Below the pieces are notes generated by a model. It was not told the origin of the DNA. It ran no database searches and worked only from the letters and a program-made list of their open reading frames with translations. A stretch of DNA of 64,000 nt, from contig OZ242311.1 of the NCBI GenBank assembly GCA_965207885.1, positions 256,001-320,000 of the forward strand, written 5' to 3'. The stretch's first letter is position 1, and each line of letters starts with the position of its first letter. Positions 20,483 to 30,784 of this stretch are shown in pieces. The DNA comes from Candidatus Latescibacterota bacterium (lineage in GTDB: Bacteria; Latescibacterota; UBA2968). Position numbers and translations under genes: made by a program.

Positions 20483-21231
20483 ATAATATTAGTATGCTAA
20501 TTAGCGATCCGTATGACCGAAAAGCTCGGCTAAAACCTGCGCTTTTGGCTCTACTTCCCCTTATTTTTTTGTGTATATCTCTATTTCCTGAGATTCAATC
20601 AATATGGTCCACTGTGGGAGGAATAGTGGTATATTGCGGTAGCACAATGTTGCTCATTCAGTTTGGTCGTAACTGGGGGAAACTACTTGAACCATCACTT
20701 TTTCGAGCATGGGGTGGTAAACCTTCAGTAGCTATGCTGCGGCATTGCGACACGCGCCTCTCCCAAGATCAGAAAAATCGGTATCGAGCCTTCTTAGAGC
20801 GAAATGTTCCGAAGTTGAAGTTAGCATCCCCGGAGGAGGAAGAAAAAAGTCTTACTCAAGCCGATGATGGATATGAGAGTGCTACCGCTTGGTTATTGAC
20901 TCGGACAACAGATCACGAACGTTTTAAACTGATTTTTGAGGAGAATATCAATTACGGATTTCGTCGAAATATAAGAGGTCTTAAGCCCATAGCGATTATT
21001 TTGGATATTATCGTCATCACAATCTTCTTGATTTGGTACAGTTCGCTATGGACAGGCGAAATTCTTTCTACCCTGAATTCTATCGATATATACGGACAGA
21101 TCACTGGGATACTTGTCATTCTCCACTTGTTTTCTTTTTTATTTTTTATCACGCGAGACTGGATACGCCCATCGGCTGAGGCTTATGCTCGACAATTGCT
21201 TGCTGCATGCGACCATTTAGAACAGTCTTAA
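20479..21231 (+). CDS. 4-TM membrane protein, putative effector of the MBL/E2-E1-JAB operon
   Basis: Two N-terminal and two C-terminal hydrophobic segments flank a soluble region containing ENINYGFRRN. The start overlaps the upstream stop. Confidence 0.75.
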   Translation: MNNISMLISDPYDRKARLKPALLALLPLIFLCISLFPEIQSIWSTVGGIVVYCGSTMLLIQFGRNWGKLLEPSLFRAWGGKPSVAMLRHCDTRLSQDQKNRYRAFLERNVPKLKLASPEEEEKSLTQADDGYESATAWLLTRTTDHERFKLIFEENINYGFRRNIRGLKPIAIILDIIVITIFLIWYSSLWTGEILSTLNSIDIYGQITGILVILHLFSFLFFITRDWIRPSAEAYARQLLAACDHLEQS

Positions 21232-21324
21232 TCAAATCAGTAAACAGAATTGAAGCACGGTTTGGCGAAGGCCCAAACAAAGACACAACGACTATATAGC
21301 AAGTTGAAGAGGCTAATAGCGAAT

Positions 21325-21362
21325 AAGGGGAGCGGATTAAGTCCACTCCCTTTTTCTTTTTT
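21325..21362 (+). terminator. Rho-independent terminator closing the conjugation operon
   Basis: AGGGGAGCGGA-TTAAG-TCCACTCCCTT followed by a T-run. Confidence 0.7.
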
Positions 21363-21430
21363 AGCCCAGAGGATAATTATGTATTGTGCTGTACTTGATT
21401 ATTGGGTAATATAATCAGTAAATTTTTTTG

Positions 21431-21517
21431 TTGACTATCCGAAATTTATGACTGATAATAAGCAAGTTTTTACCACAACATTTTGTGCTCTTTTTTCGTT
21501 AATGACAAAATATTGTG
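21431..21517 (+). promoter_or_regulatory. Promoter with tandem NrdR-like boxes (presumed nrdB promoter)
   Basis: TTGACT-17 bp-GATAAT. CACAACATTTTGTG (21474-21487) and GACAAAATATTGTG (21504-21517) lie 30 bp apart. Confidence 0.68.
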
Positions 21518-21675
21518 TCATAAATAAAAGGTCTGCAATAATTTAAAGCGATTCCCCAATCGCTTTAAGACCATTTCCTCTCCCTTCCATTTCTCCCTCT
21601 GTCGTCTCCTTGCGACTCATCGCACTGGCGACCTTATTTTTTTAGATAGATTCGACGCAATCATCATTCGGCAAA

Positions 21676-21828
21676 ATGACCCGATTGCTCATCCATGTCG
21701 AGGGCGAAACCGAAGAAACTTTTGTAAACGAGATACTCGGACCGCATCTTTACGCCTGTGGCTATACGATGGTCAGTGCTCGTCTGGATAGACGATTCAC
21801 CTCGCACCGTACACTCCAAGCGTTATGA
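21676..21828 (+). pseudogene. N-terminal fragment of a second DUF4276-family gene
   Basis: MTRLLIHVEGETEETFVNEILGPHL...; 50 aa; the stop overlaps the next ATG. Confidence 0.65.
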
Positions 21829-23099
21829 ATTTATCTATCTCACAACCACGCCCTCCAGCACGTATCGAATACCTGAAGGTGCAGAACTTTCGTGCTTTGC
21901 GAGAGGTTGAATTCAAGGAATTGACACCGCTGACTGTGTTACTCGGTCCCAATGGCAGCGGCAAATCAACAGTATTTGACGTATTTGCGTTTCTATCTGA
22001 ATGCTTTGAGGTGGGTTTGCGCCGCGCCTGGGATCAGCGTGGACGCGCCAAAGAACTGCGGACGCGGGGCAACATCAATCCCGTTGTCATCGAACTCAAG
22101 TACCGCGAACGACCAGGCACACCTCTGATCACTTATCACTTGGCTATTGACGAAGACCGCAATCGTCCCGTTGTAATGGAGGAGTGGTTACAATGGCGGC
22201 GCGGACAACGTGGCAGACCATTCCGATTCCTCGATTATCGCGAGGGACAGGGCAGGGCGATCAGCGGTGAGCAACCAGACGACGAATTGGACATGCACAA
22301 CGAGGGAATGATCCAATTAGACCCGCGCAACGAAGTACCGCTCCAATCGCCCGATCTGCTGGCAGTCAATGCCTTGGGACAACTTGCCGCTCACCCGCAC
22401 GTAGCAGCACTGCGCGACTTCATTACCGGATGGCATGTGTCATACCTATCGGCAAACAGCGCACGGGGTCAGCCTGAAGCAGGACCGCAGGAGCGACTGT
22501 CAAGAAGCGGCGACAATCTTGCCAATGTTATACAGCACCTCGCAGAGCAACATCCCGACCGGCTTAACCAGATCTTTGAGGTGCTACGCCAGCGCGTGCC
22601 GCGTATTGAGCGCGTGCTATCAGATATCATGCCCGATGGCCGTCTATTGTTGCAGATCAAGGACGCGCCATTCAGCAACCCGGTGTTGGCGCGATTCGCT
22701 TCTGATGGCACATTGAAAATATTGGCTTATCTGGTACTGTTATACGACCCCGAACCACCACCCTTCATCGGCATTGAAGAACCGGAAAACTTCTTGCACC
22801 CTCGATTGCTTTCGGAACTTGCCGAAGAATGCCGTGCGGCCTGCGAACGCACACAGTTATTGGCGACCACGCATTCGCCGTTTTTCCTGAACGCACTGCG
22901 CCCCGAAGAGGTACGCGTTCTCTGGCGCGACGAGCAAGGGTACACACAAACAAGCCGCGTCGCAGATATACCTGGCATACCGGAATTTGTCGAAGAGGGT
23001 GCATATCTCGGCCATCTATGGATGGAAGGATATTTCAACCTAGGAGACCCGCTGGACAGACATGGTGAACCGACTTCTCCTCTGGGGGGACGCGGGTAA
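21825..23099 (+). CDS. AAA/ABC-type ATPase (AAA_21 / AbiEii-like)
   Basis: Walker A GPNGSGKS, signature SDGT, Walker B IEEPEN and H-loop TTHSP. Confidence 0.92.
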   Translation: MNLSISQPRPPARIEYLKVQNFRALREVEFKELTPLTVLLGPNGSGKSTVFDVFAFLSECFEVGLRRAWDQRGRAKELRTRGNINPVVIELKYRERPGTPLITYHLAIDEDRNRPVVMEEWLQWRRGQRGRPFRFLDYREGQGRAISGEQPDDELDMHNEGMIQLDPRNEVPLQSPDLLAVNALGQLAAHPHVAALRDFITGWHVSYLSANSARGQPEAGPQERLSRSGDNLANVIQHLAEQHPDRLNQIFEVLRQRVPRIERVLSDIMPDGRLLLQIKDAPFSNPVLARFASDGTLKILAYLVLLYDPEPPPFIGIEEPENFLHPRLLSELAEECRAACERTQLLATTHSPFFLNALRPEEVRVLWRDEQGYTQTSRVADIPGIPEFVEEGAYLGHLWMEGYFNLGDPLDRHGEPTSPLGGRG

Positions 23100-23716
23100 T
23101 GACGGCACAACATCTGGAATTACTCGTCGAAGAACCCTCAATGGAGGCCTTCTTGCGAGAGTTGTTGCCGCGTATGCTGTCCGCGGAATGCACATTCAAA
23201 ATTCATCCGTTTCAGGGGAAGCCAGACCTATTGGACAAGTTGCAAAATCGTCTGCAAGCCTATGCAAAATGGTTACCCAACAACTATCGCATCTTCGTAG
23301 TCGTTGACTGCGATAACGACGACTGCGAACAATTAAAACAAAAACTGGAAAACATTGCTTCTCGGACTCAGTTGCTCACCCGCTCACAGGCCCGTGGTCG
23401 CCCATGGCAACTGGTCAACCGCATTGCCATTGAAGAACTGGAGGCATGGTACTTCGGCGACTGGCAGGCGGTGTGTAATGCTTATCCGAGGGTTTCAAAA
23501 AAAATTCCCAATCAAGCACGCTATCGCCACCCCGATGCAATCCGCGGAGGCACCTGGGAAGCTTTCGAACGCATCTTGAAGCGACATGGCTACTTTAAAA
23601 CTGGACTACGCAAGACGGAGGCTGCCAGAGATGTTGGTATTCATATCGATTCTAATCGTAGCCGTTCGCACAGTTTCGTGAAATTTCGCGAAGCCATTAT
23701 TGAGGCAACTGCTTGA
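23099..23716 (+). CDS. DUF4276 family protein (TOPRIM-like partner of the ATPase)
   Basis: LLVEEPS, VVVDCDND, EELEAWYFGD and C-terminal SHSF; translationally coupled to the ATPase. Confidence 0.85.
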   Translation: MTAQHLELLVEEPSMEAFLRELLPRMLSAECTFKIHPFQGKPDLLDKLQNRLQAYAKWLPNNYRIFVVVDCDNDDCEQLKQKLENIASRTQLLTRSQARGRPWQLVNRIAIEELEAWYFGDWQAVCNAYPRVSKKIPNQARYRHPDAIRGGTWEAFERILKRHGYFKTGLRKTEAARDVGIHIDSNRSRSHSFVKFREAIIEATA

Positions 23717-23755
23717 ACCATTATTATATTTCATTTTTTTTAAAGGAGTTGTGAT

Positions 23756-24943
23756 ATGGCTAAGCTCATATTTGAAGACGAAGATGTTGAAAGTCATGCA
23801 AATATGGACTACCAAAACGGTGGTCACGCGCAGCAAAACGGTATTCATGCACCCGTTGAAGCGGATAACACTGACGTGCCATCCGCGCTGTGTTGTGGTG
23901 CCACTGGCGAAGCGTATGACCTGACCAAGCGCATCAACCCGGAAGACAAGCGATTGCTCAACTGCCGGCAGGTAGATGTGAACCAGTTGATGCCTCTCAA
24001 ATACGAATGGGCATGGGAGCACTATCTCAACGGATGTGCCAATCACTGGATGCCGACAGAAGTGCCCATGCAGCGCGACATAGAACTCTGGCGTTCAAAT
24101 GCACTGAACGACGCCGAGCGAAAAGTCATCTTGCGAAACCTCGGATTCTTCAGCACGGGCGAAAGCCTCGTCGGCAACAACATCGTACTCGCCATCTTCA
24201 AACACATCACAAACTCCGAAGCCCGGCAATACCTCTTGCGCCAGGCATTTGAAGAAGCCATACACACGCACACATTCCACTACATCGTCGAATCCCTGGG
24301 GCTAAACGCGCGCGAAGTATTCAACATGTATCACGAAGTCGCCTCCATTGAAGGCAAAGACAAATTCGTGATGGAACTAACCGAAGATGTACTGGACCCC
24401 AATTTTACAACACAAAGCATTGAAGGCATACAGAAATTCGTGAAAAATCTCATCGGCTTTTACGTCATCATGGAAGGCATCTTCTTTTACAGCGGCTTTG
24501 TAATGATCCTCTCCTTCCATCGGCAAAACCGCATGACCGGCATCGGCGAACAATTCCAGTACATCCTGCGCGACGAAACCATACATCTGAATTTTGGCAT
24601 CGACCTGATCAACACCATAAAACTCGAAAATCCAGAAATATGGACAACGGAACTGCAGCGCGACATCTACGACCTCATCCACGAAGCCGTGGAATACGAA
24701 GTCATCTATTCACGGGATTGTGTGCCCGACGGCGTACTGGGCCTCAATGAAGACTTATTCCGCGAATACGTGCAATTCATCGCCGACCGCCGATTGGAAC
24801 GAATCGGCCTACAAAGCGTATATGGATCGAAAAATCCATTCCCGTGGATGGGAGAAACCATTGACATCGCAAAAGAAAAGAACTTCTTTGAAACGCGCGT
24901 CACGGATTATCAAAGCGCGGGATCCTTACAGTGGGATGATTAA
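23756..24943 (+). CDS. nrdB: Ribonucleotide reductase beta subunit, class Ic (Mn/Fe R2c type)
   Basis: [12 protein letters not shown] (Glu ligand), EEAIHTHTF (Phe at the radical Tyr position), [15 protein letters not shown] and NFFETRV. Confidence 0.95.
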   Translation: MAKLIFEDEDVESHANMDYQNGGHAQQNGIHAPVEADNTDVPSALCCGATGEAYDLTKRINPEDKRLLNCRQVDVNQLMPLKYEWAWEHYLNGCANHWMPTEVPMQRDIELWRSNALNDAERKVILRNLGFFSTGESLVGNNIVLAIFKHITNSEARQYLLRQAFEEAIHTHTFHYIVESLGLNAREVFNMYHEVASIEGKDKFVMELTEDVLDPNFTTQSIEGIQKFVKNLIGFYVIMEGIFFYSGFVMILSFHRQNRMTGIGEQFQYILRDETIHLNFGIDLINTIKLENPEIWTTELQRDIYDLIHEAVEYEVIYSRDCVPDGVLGLNEDLFREYVQFIADRRLERIGLQSVYGSKNPFPWMGETIDIAKEKNFFETRVTDYQSAGSLQWDD

Positions 24944-25009
24944 ACCTGAAACTTGAACAATAAATACATCTATTCAGGCTGACGGGGGAAGGGAAATCAG
25001 AGCCTGATA

Positions 25010-25045
25010 CGGGGTGGAAGACAAAAATCTTCCACCCTGTTTTTT
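25010..25045 (+). terminator. Rho-independent terminator after nrdB
   Basis: GGGTGGAAGA...TCTTCCACCC followed by TGTTTTTT. Confidence 0.75.
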
Positions 25046-26298
25046 TATTGATCAGCCATGGGAAAAGCCATAACCTCGCTTATAGAAGACGCCCCAGTAA
25101 GAAGCATAATGAGACGATCCACCCCAAGCGCAACACCGCCAGAAGGCGGCATCCCGTATTCGAGCGCCGCGAGAAAACGCTCGTCAATCGGATAAGCCGG
25201 ATTCCCCTCCCTCACGCGCTGGGCGGCCTCCTCTTCCAACCGCTGGCGTTGCTCATCCGGATCATTCAACTCTGTAAACGCATTGCACAACTCCACCCCC
25301 GCAATATAAACCTCAAAACGCTCAGCCAGATCTGGCGCACTGGACTTGCGTTTGGCAAGCGCCGCCATCGGCGCGGGATAATCGTACAAAATCGCTGGCT
25401 TCTGCACACCCAGATGTGGTTCAACCCGATCGAGAAAAACCTTGAAAAACGCGACATCTGGCGGATCGTCTCTATCAACCGTCGAAAGTCCCGCCTGCCT
25501 GATAAACGCAGCCGTCTCCGAATAGGGATCAGCAGTGATACCAGCATAGCGCAACATCGCCTCCCGCACAGAAAGACGCTCCCACGGCGGCGTCAGATCA
25601 ACCGCGCATTGATCCGTCCGCACAACAGGCACTCCACATAAATCTGTCGCCAGTTCGGCAATCAAATATTCGGTATCCACCATAATATCGGTATAATCCG
25701 CGAACGCGCGATACCACTCCAGCATCGTAAACTCCGGCGTATGCATCCTCCCAACAGGCTCGTGCCGAAACACCTTGCAAACCTGGTATATCCGTTCAAA
25801 CCCAGCCGCCAGCAGGCGTTTCATCGCATACTCGGGCGACGTATGCAGATAAAACTGACGCATCTCATACATCGTCTGAAACGCCTCGAGATGCGGCTCC
25901 ATACCCGGTTGCGGCACCATCAGAGAGGTCTCAACCTCAACAAAATCCTTCTCATCAAAAAAGCGGCGAATCCCCGAGATAATTTTGGCGCGCTTGCGCA
26001 AATTGGCCTGCACACTCTGGGATAAAGCCCCCGCGCCACCACGCGACGGCACCAGCACCCGTAGCCCCGTAACAGAAAAACCATTGTCTTCAAAACGACC
26101 CTCAACCTCCACAATATTCCCCGCCCGTCCCGCATCCGCAGTATTAAAACCCAGACGCACCGTCCCCGTCTCATCGGACAACGTATCGCTATCTACAAGC
26201 CGGCCGGCCAAAACTGCAAACGCACCCGCCTGAAGTTCACAGATCCGATGCGTACGCTTACACCGTGCGGGATATTGGGGGGATGGATAATCGCGCAT
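25045..26298 (-). CDS. epmA: EF-P lysine aminoacylase EpmA/GenX with an N-terminal extension
   Basis: [26 protein letters not shown]...[17 protein letters not shown] and GVALGVDRL. Confidence 0.9.
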   Translation of the reverse strand: MRDYPSPQYPARCKRTHRICELQAGAFAVLAGRLVDSDTLSDETGTVRLGFNTADAGRAGNIVEVEGRFEDNGFSVTGLRVLVPSRGGAGALSQSVQANLRKRAKIISGIRRFFDEKDFVEVETSLMVPQPGMEPHLEAFQTMYEMRQFYLHTSPEYAMKRLLAAGFERIYQVCKVFRHEPVGRMHTPEFTMLEWYRAFADYTDIMVDTEYLIAELATDLCGVPVVRTDQCAVDLTPPWERLSVREAMLRYAGITADPYSETAAFIRQAGLSTVDRDDPPDVAFFKVFLDRVEPHLGVQKPAILYDYPAPMAALAKRKSSAPDLAERFEVYIAGVELCNAFTELNDPDEQRQRLEEEAAQRVREGNPAYPIDERFLAALEYGMPPSGGVALGVDRLIMLLTGASSISEVMAFPMADQ

Positions 26299-26405
26299 AT
26301 TTTCCTCATCTCTCGATTGACGGTCAAATCCAATGTCATATATTACGTGTTATCGCCTTCTTAACGCAAAAAATTTAATCCCCTACAATCACAAAAGGAA
26401 CCACC

Positions 26406-27251
26406 ATGCGCCCGTACATCTGTTGTCACAACCACATCGGACGAACAATTAACCGCGCACCCACCGTCGGGCAAAATGCCCAGATGTGCTTATCCCGCTT
26501 TGCCGAAACCGACATTTACGCAGCCATATCAATGCCAACAGCCGTGGGCAGCCCGATCACCCGGGGAATACAGGACATAAGGGAACAAAACGAAGCCATT
26601 GCCCGCGCCTGCAAAAAATTTCCCCACGTATTTCCCATAGGCATGGCACTCATCGAGCCGCGATTCGGCGAACTCGGCATCGAAGAAGCCGAAAAAGCCA
26701 TGGACGACCTGGGCCTCGTCGGAATCGCCGGACATCCCCCGATGAAAGAAGAAATCCTCCCCATGGTAGAAGTCGCAGCCGCGCGAAACGGACTGTGCAA
26801 CCTGCACTGGCACGACAGCTTGATGGACCGCACCGCCCGAACATTTCCAAACGCACAATTTATCGTACACGCCAGCACCTGGGCTGCGGAAAACCTATCA
26901 CAGCACGACAACATCTGGTTCGAAGTCGTACAATACCCCGATGGACGGGGATCCACATGGGACTTCAAATGGTTCGCCGATAAAGTCGGACGCGAGCGAC
27001 TCATCTTTGGCGCAGACCTGCCGTATTACGACTACCGCTTCCTCCAGCGCGTAATAGAAGAAGCCGACTGCGACGACGACTTGAAAGATCGAATCGCCCA
27101 TCAAAATGTCCTGGCCCTGATCAAACAATACAAACCCGACTGGACATTGCCGACGCAGCCGCCTCAAGCCCCCCGTGTGTACGATCCAGACAGACTCTGG
27201 GCTTGCAGCCCGGATCAGACAGATCGGTTGACCGTAGATATCTTGCCTTGA
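26406..27251 (+). CDS. Amidohydrolase-family (TIM-barrel) protein
   Basis: N-terminal CHNHIG and RLIFGADLPY. Confidence 0.75.
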   Translation: MRPYICCHNHIGRTINRAPTVGQNAQMCLSRFAETDIYAAISMPTAVGSPITRGIQDIREQNEAIARACKKFPHVFPIGMALIEPRFGELGIEEAEKAMDDLGLVGIAGHPPMKEEILPMVEVAAARNGLCNLHWHDSLMDRTARTFPNAQFIVHASTWAAENLSQHDNIWFEVVQYPDGRGSTWDFKWFADKVGRERLIFGADLPYYDYRFLQRVIEEADCDDDLKDRIAHQNVLALIKQYKPDWTLPTQPPQAPRVYDPDRLWACSPDQTDRLTVDILP

Positions 27252-27260
27252 GGAACAAAA

Positions 27261-28634
27261 ATGATCGGCAAACAACCAAACATAATCGTATTTCTAACCG
27301 ACGACCAGGGCTATGGCGACCTGGGCATCTACGGAAACCCGGACCTGGACACGCCCCACATCGACCGCATCGGCCAGGAAGGCCTGTGCCTGAACCAGCA
27401 CTACACCGCATCCCCAATCTGTGCGCCAGCCCGCGCCGCTTTTTTAACCGGACGCTACAATCACCGCGTAGGCGCACTGAGCGTAGAGTCAAACCGCGGA
27501 CTGGACCGAATCGCACTCGGCGAATCCACAATCGCGGATCTATTCAAAGCAAACGGCTATGCAACGGGAATGGTGGGAAAATGGCACAATGGACTACACG
27601 ACATGCGGTATCATCCGAACAACCGGGGCTTCGATGAATTCGCGGGATTCTTGAACGGAGGGATGAATTACTGGAACTGGATCATCGAATACAACGGACA
27701 GCCGAAATGGTCAGACGGCCGGTATCTCACCGACGTATTCACACAGGACGCCATTGAATTTATCAAACGGCACAAAACAGAGCCGTTCTTTCTCTACATA
27801 GCCTACAATGCGCCGCACGGACCACTCGAAGCGCCAGAAGAAGACATCCGCCCCTTTGAAGAAATGGAAAAATTCACCCGCGCTGTGTGCCTCACCTACG
27901 GAATGATCCGGCGGATGGACACCGGAATCGGACAAATCCTGGACACACTCGAACAACACGGCCTGGCGGAAGACACCATCGTACTGTACACCAGCGACAA
28001 CGGACCGGTCCACCTCGGCAAAGGAGAAAACAACCAGACCCGCTACAACGGGCCATTTCGGGGGATGAAATATGATGTACTCGAAGGCGGAATCCGCGTA
28101 CCGGGCCTGATCCGCTGGCCAGCGGGCTTGCCGCAAGGCGAGACATATGACGGCATGCTGCATTTTACAGACTGGATGCCCACGCTATTACAGGCCTGCA
28201 GAATTGACATGCAGACGCCTTCTGATGGGATGGATGTCATCCCCGCATTACAGGGTGAACCCGAAAAACTACCGACCAAACGATTCTGGCAATTCAACCG
28301 CTACGATCCCATCGGCACATGCAATGCCGCGATGCGGGATGGGGAATGGAAACTCTACTGGCCTCGCATTGAAGAAGCCATGCAAAAAATGAGATCGGAC
28401 AATCCACCATTCCAGAAAAATCTCGAAGTCCCGCATTTTCTCATGAACGTGGAAAACCCACCCGTGGAGCGGACACTATCACCACCAGGCGACCCAGAAC
28501 TCTACAATATTGGCAACGACCCGCACGAAAACATCAACCTCGCCCAACAACAGCCAAACCGCGTACACCGCATGAAACGCGAACTGGAAACGTGGTTTGA
28601 AGCCGTAGAAGCAGATCGGCGGCGCATCGTTTAA
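27261..28634 (+). CDS. Arylsulfatase (FGly-type)
   Basis: PNIIVFLTDDQG, CAPAR..LTGR, GKWH, SDNG and EGGIRVP. Confidence 0.93.
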   Translation: MIGKQPNIIVFLTDDQGYGDLGIYGNPDLDTPHIDRIGQEGLCLNQHYTASPICAPARAAFLTGRYNHRVGALSVESNRGLDRIALGESTIADLFKANGYATGMVGKWHNGLHDMRYHPNNRGFDEFAGFLNGGMNYWNWIIEYNGQPKWSDGRYLTDVFTQDAIEFIKRHKTEPFFLYIAYNAPHGPLEAPEEDIRPFEEMEKFTRAVCLTYGMIRRMDTGIGQILDTLEQHGLAEDTIVLYTSDNGPVHLGKGENNQTRYNGPFRGMKYDVLEGGIRVPGLIRWPAGLPQGETYDGMLHFTDWMPTLLQACRIDMQTPSDGMDVIPALQGEPEKLPTKRFWQFNRYDPIGTCNAAMRDGEWKLYWPRIEEAMQKMRSDNPPFQKNLEVPHFLMNVENPPVERTLSPPGDPELYNIGNDPHENINLAQQQPNRVHRMKRELETWFEAVEADRRRIV

Positions 28635-28748
28635 TCAAGTCCTCTATAAACCTGTAATCGGTACAAATCTCAAGTTTAACTTGAAATATGTACCGATTTG
28701 TTTATTTTATCCATGAGTTTACGCCAAACGCTAACAAGGATCAGCACC

Positions 28749-29906
28749 GTGATTTTACGACAAATCGCCAGAGAATTGGCCGCGACGGCAAACGAATTTC
28801 CCGTAGTGACAATCATCGGTCCACGGCAGGCGGGAAAAACCACATTGGCACGCATGCAATTTCCCAACCACGCTTATGCGAACCTGGAAGCACCCGATAT
28901 ACGCATGCTTGCGACAAGCGATCCCCACGCTTTCTTCTCACAATTTCCCCCACCCGTTATCATCGACGAAATTCAGCGCGTCCCCGAACTGCTCTCAACC
29001 ATCCAAGTCCTCGCTGACAGCAGCCCTCAACGCGGGCAATATATACTCACGGGCAGTCATCAGTTGCGCCTTCAAGAAGCCGTTGCCCAATCCCTGGCCG
29101 GACGCACCGCCCTCTTGCGCCTGCTGCCCCTGTCGATATCAGAACTCAAAGCAACCGGTATCACACACACGCGCGACGAATTTATCTACCAAGGCTTTAT
29201 GCCCCGGCTTTACAACGAAAAAATCAATCCAACTCGCCTGTACCGAAATTACTGTCAAACCTATATCGAGCGCGACATCAGACAAATGATCAACCTCAGA
29301 CGCCTGATAGATTTTGAGAACTTCATGCGCCTGCTGGCCGGACGCGTCGGTCAGATTTTGAATCTGAGTTCTCTATCTAACGACGTGGGTGTGTCGAGTA
29401 CCACGCTAAAAGAATGGCTCTCCGTACTCGAAGCATCGCACACCATTTTCAGGTTGAATCCCTATTTTGAAAACTTTGGTAAACGCATCATCAAATCGCC
29501 AAAAATCTATTTTACCGATGTCGGACTCGCTTCCTACTTGCTCGGCATTGAATCGCCCGCACTCGCTACCCGGGATCCACTAATCGGCAATCTCTTTGAA
29601 AACATGGTCGTCATCGAAGCCCTGAAAGCCAGACTCAACGCGGGAAAAGAGCCTGAACTCTACTTTTACCGCGACAACAAAGGCAACGAAGTAGATCTGT
29701 TATTCAGGCAAAACAGGCAGTTAATCCCCATTGAAATCAAATCGGCTATGACCTTTAATCCAGAATTTGCAAAAGGCATCGCACAATTCCAAAAAATCGC
29801 GTCCTTCGCGCAAAAAGGCCACATCATCTACGCAGGCAATCTCACACCCGAACTGTCCCATGCCAGCGTACTGCATTTTACCGACGTGGATTACATCTTT
29901 CTATAA
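28749..29906 (+). CDS. AAA+ ATPase with a DUF4143 C-terminal domain
   Basis: GPRQAGKTT, IDEIQR, LTGS, KSPKIYFTDVG and EVDL...IEIKS. Alternative start at 28713. Confidence 0.9.
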   Translation: MILRQIARELAATANEFPVVTIIGPRQAGKTTLARMQFPNHAYANLEAPDIRMLATSDPHAFFSQFPPPVIIDEIQRVPELLSTIQVLADSSPQRGQYILTGSHQLRLQEAVAQSLAGRTALLRLLPLSISELKATGITHTRDEFIYQGFMPRLYNEKINPTRLYRNYCQTYIERDIRQMINLRRLIDFENFMRLLAGRVGQILNLSSLSNDVGVSSTTLKEWLSVLEASHTIFRLNPYFENFGKRIIKSPKIYFTDVGLASYLLGIESPALATRDPLIGNLFENMVVIEALKARLNAGKEPELYFYRDNKGNEVDLLFRQNRQLIPIEIKSAMTFNPEFAKGIAQFQKIASFAQKGHIIYAGNLTPELSHASVLHFTDVDYIFL

Positions 29907-29917
29907 TCGGAGCCGAT

Positions 29918-30655
29918 CTATTCGACCGCAAACAACCGGTTGCGCGCTGGCAGGCTGACAATCTTCGAGAAATGGTAGATCTGCAAATCGGGGTGGTCGG
30001 GATCGACCGTGGTGGGCACTTCGATCACGAAATCGGCAAAATGAGGGACATTAAAAGCCACAAAGGCCAGCATCAGGCAATCGATGAGCCGTTCGGGACG
30101 CCTCGAAAGATCCGGAAAGGCAATCGGACCCGTATCGACCTGGTAGCGGTCGTCGTCACGGCGGGTATTCATCGTCTTAACCGGACATTCAATCAGTGCC
30201 CGAAGGCCGGTATCGTCGTTGCGGATCTCCGTCTGAGAAACCAGCGGCGCAAAGCGATACGTCTCCTCGCGAATCGCCGAGTTCGTCGGCAACTCGCGAA
30301 TCGTCGTGCCTTCCACAAGGTGCAGGTCGTAACCGCCGAACATCTCCGTGTACGGGCGCGTTTCCCTGTAGCGATCGCTGAGATAGGCATGGCGCCTGAA
30401 AATGAGACCAAATCCGGCGCTAAATATCGGCAAGAAATCGTAGTTGTCCTGTATAAACAGATCCTGCTCGTGAAAGGTATTCTCGCTCTTGCATGAGGCT
30501 GTCTGGTAGAAATCCTCACAAATCCCCCGCCTGTCGTCAATGATGCGGGTGCGCGACTCGCTCCAGAAGCGCGCCTCATTGGCGTGCCCCTTCCCGACCA
30601 GGAACGAACGCCCGTAATCCAGTGGGGTCATGTCGATTTGCGTATTGTCACTCAT
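29918..30655 (-). CDS. Conserved hypothetical protein
   Basis: Long ORF with GGAGG RBS, co-oriented with the upstream operon; no family recognised. Confidence 0.7.
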   Translation of the reverse strand: MSDNTQIDMTPLDYGRSFLVGKGHANEARFWSESRTRIIDDRRGICEDFYQTASCKSENTFHEQDLFIQDNYDFLPIFSAGFGLIFRRHAYLSDRYRETRPYTEMFGGYDLHLVEGTTIRELPTNSAIREETYRFAPLVSQTEIRNDDTGLRALIECPVKTMNTRRDDDRYQVDTGPIAFPDLSRRPERLIDCLMLAFVAFNVPHFADFVIEVPTTVDPDHPDLQIYHFSKIVSLPARNRLFAVE

Positions 30656-30756
30656 AGGTCTTCCTCCGCCAGCGAAGCGCGCCGCTCGTCCGCCATATCC
30701 GCATTCCACACCTCAATAACAATATCCTCACAGCGTCGGAATACGAATCTCTCCAT

Positions 30757-30784
30757 TTCACACTTCCTACTTCACACTTCACCC
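30757..30784. repeat. Heptamer tandem repeat (TTCACAC-type)
   Basis: ttcacac ttcctac ttcacac ttcaccc. Confidence 0.55.

Noticed and set aside
17043-21231. Calling the operon a CBASS or Pycsar system
   Set aside because: No CD-NTase or cyclase motif in any of the ORFs; only the Cap2/Cap3-like module is shared.
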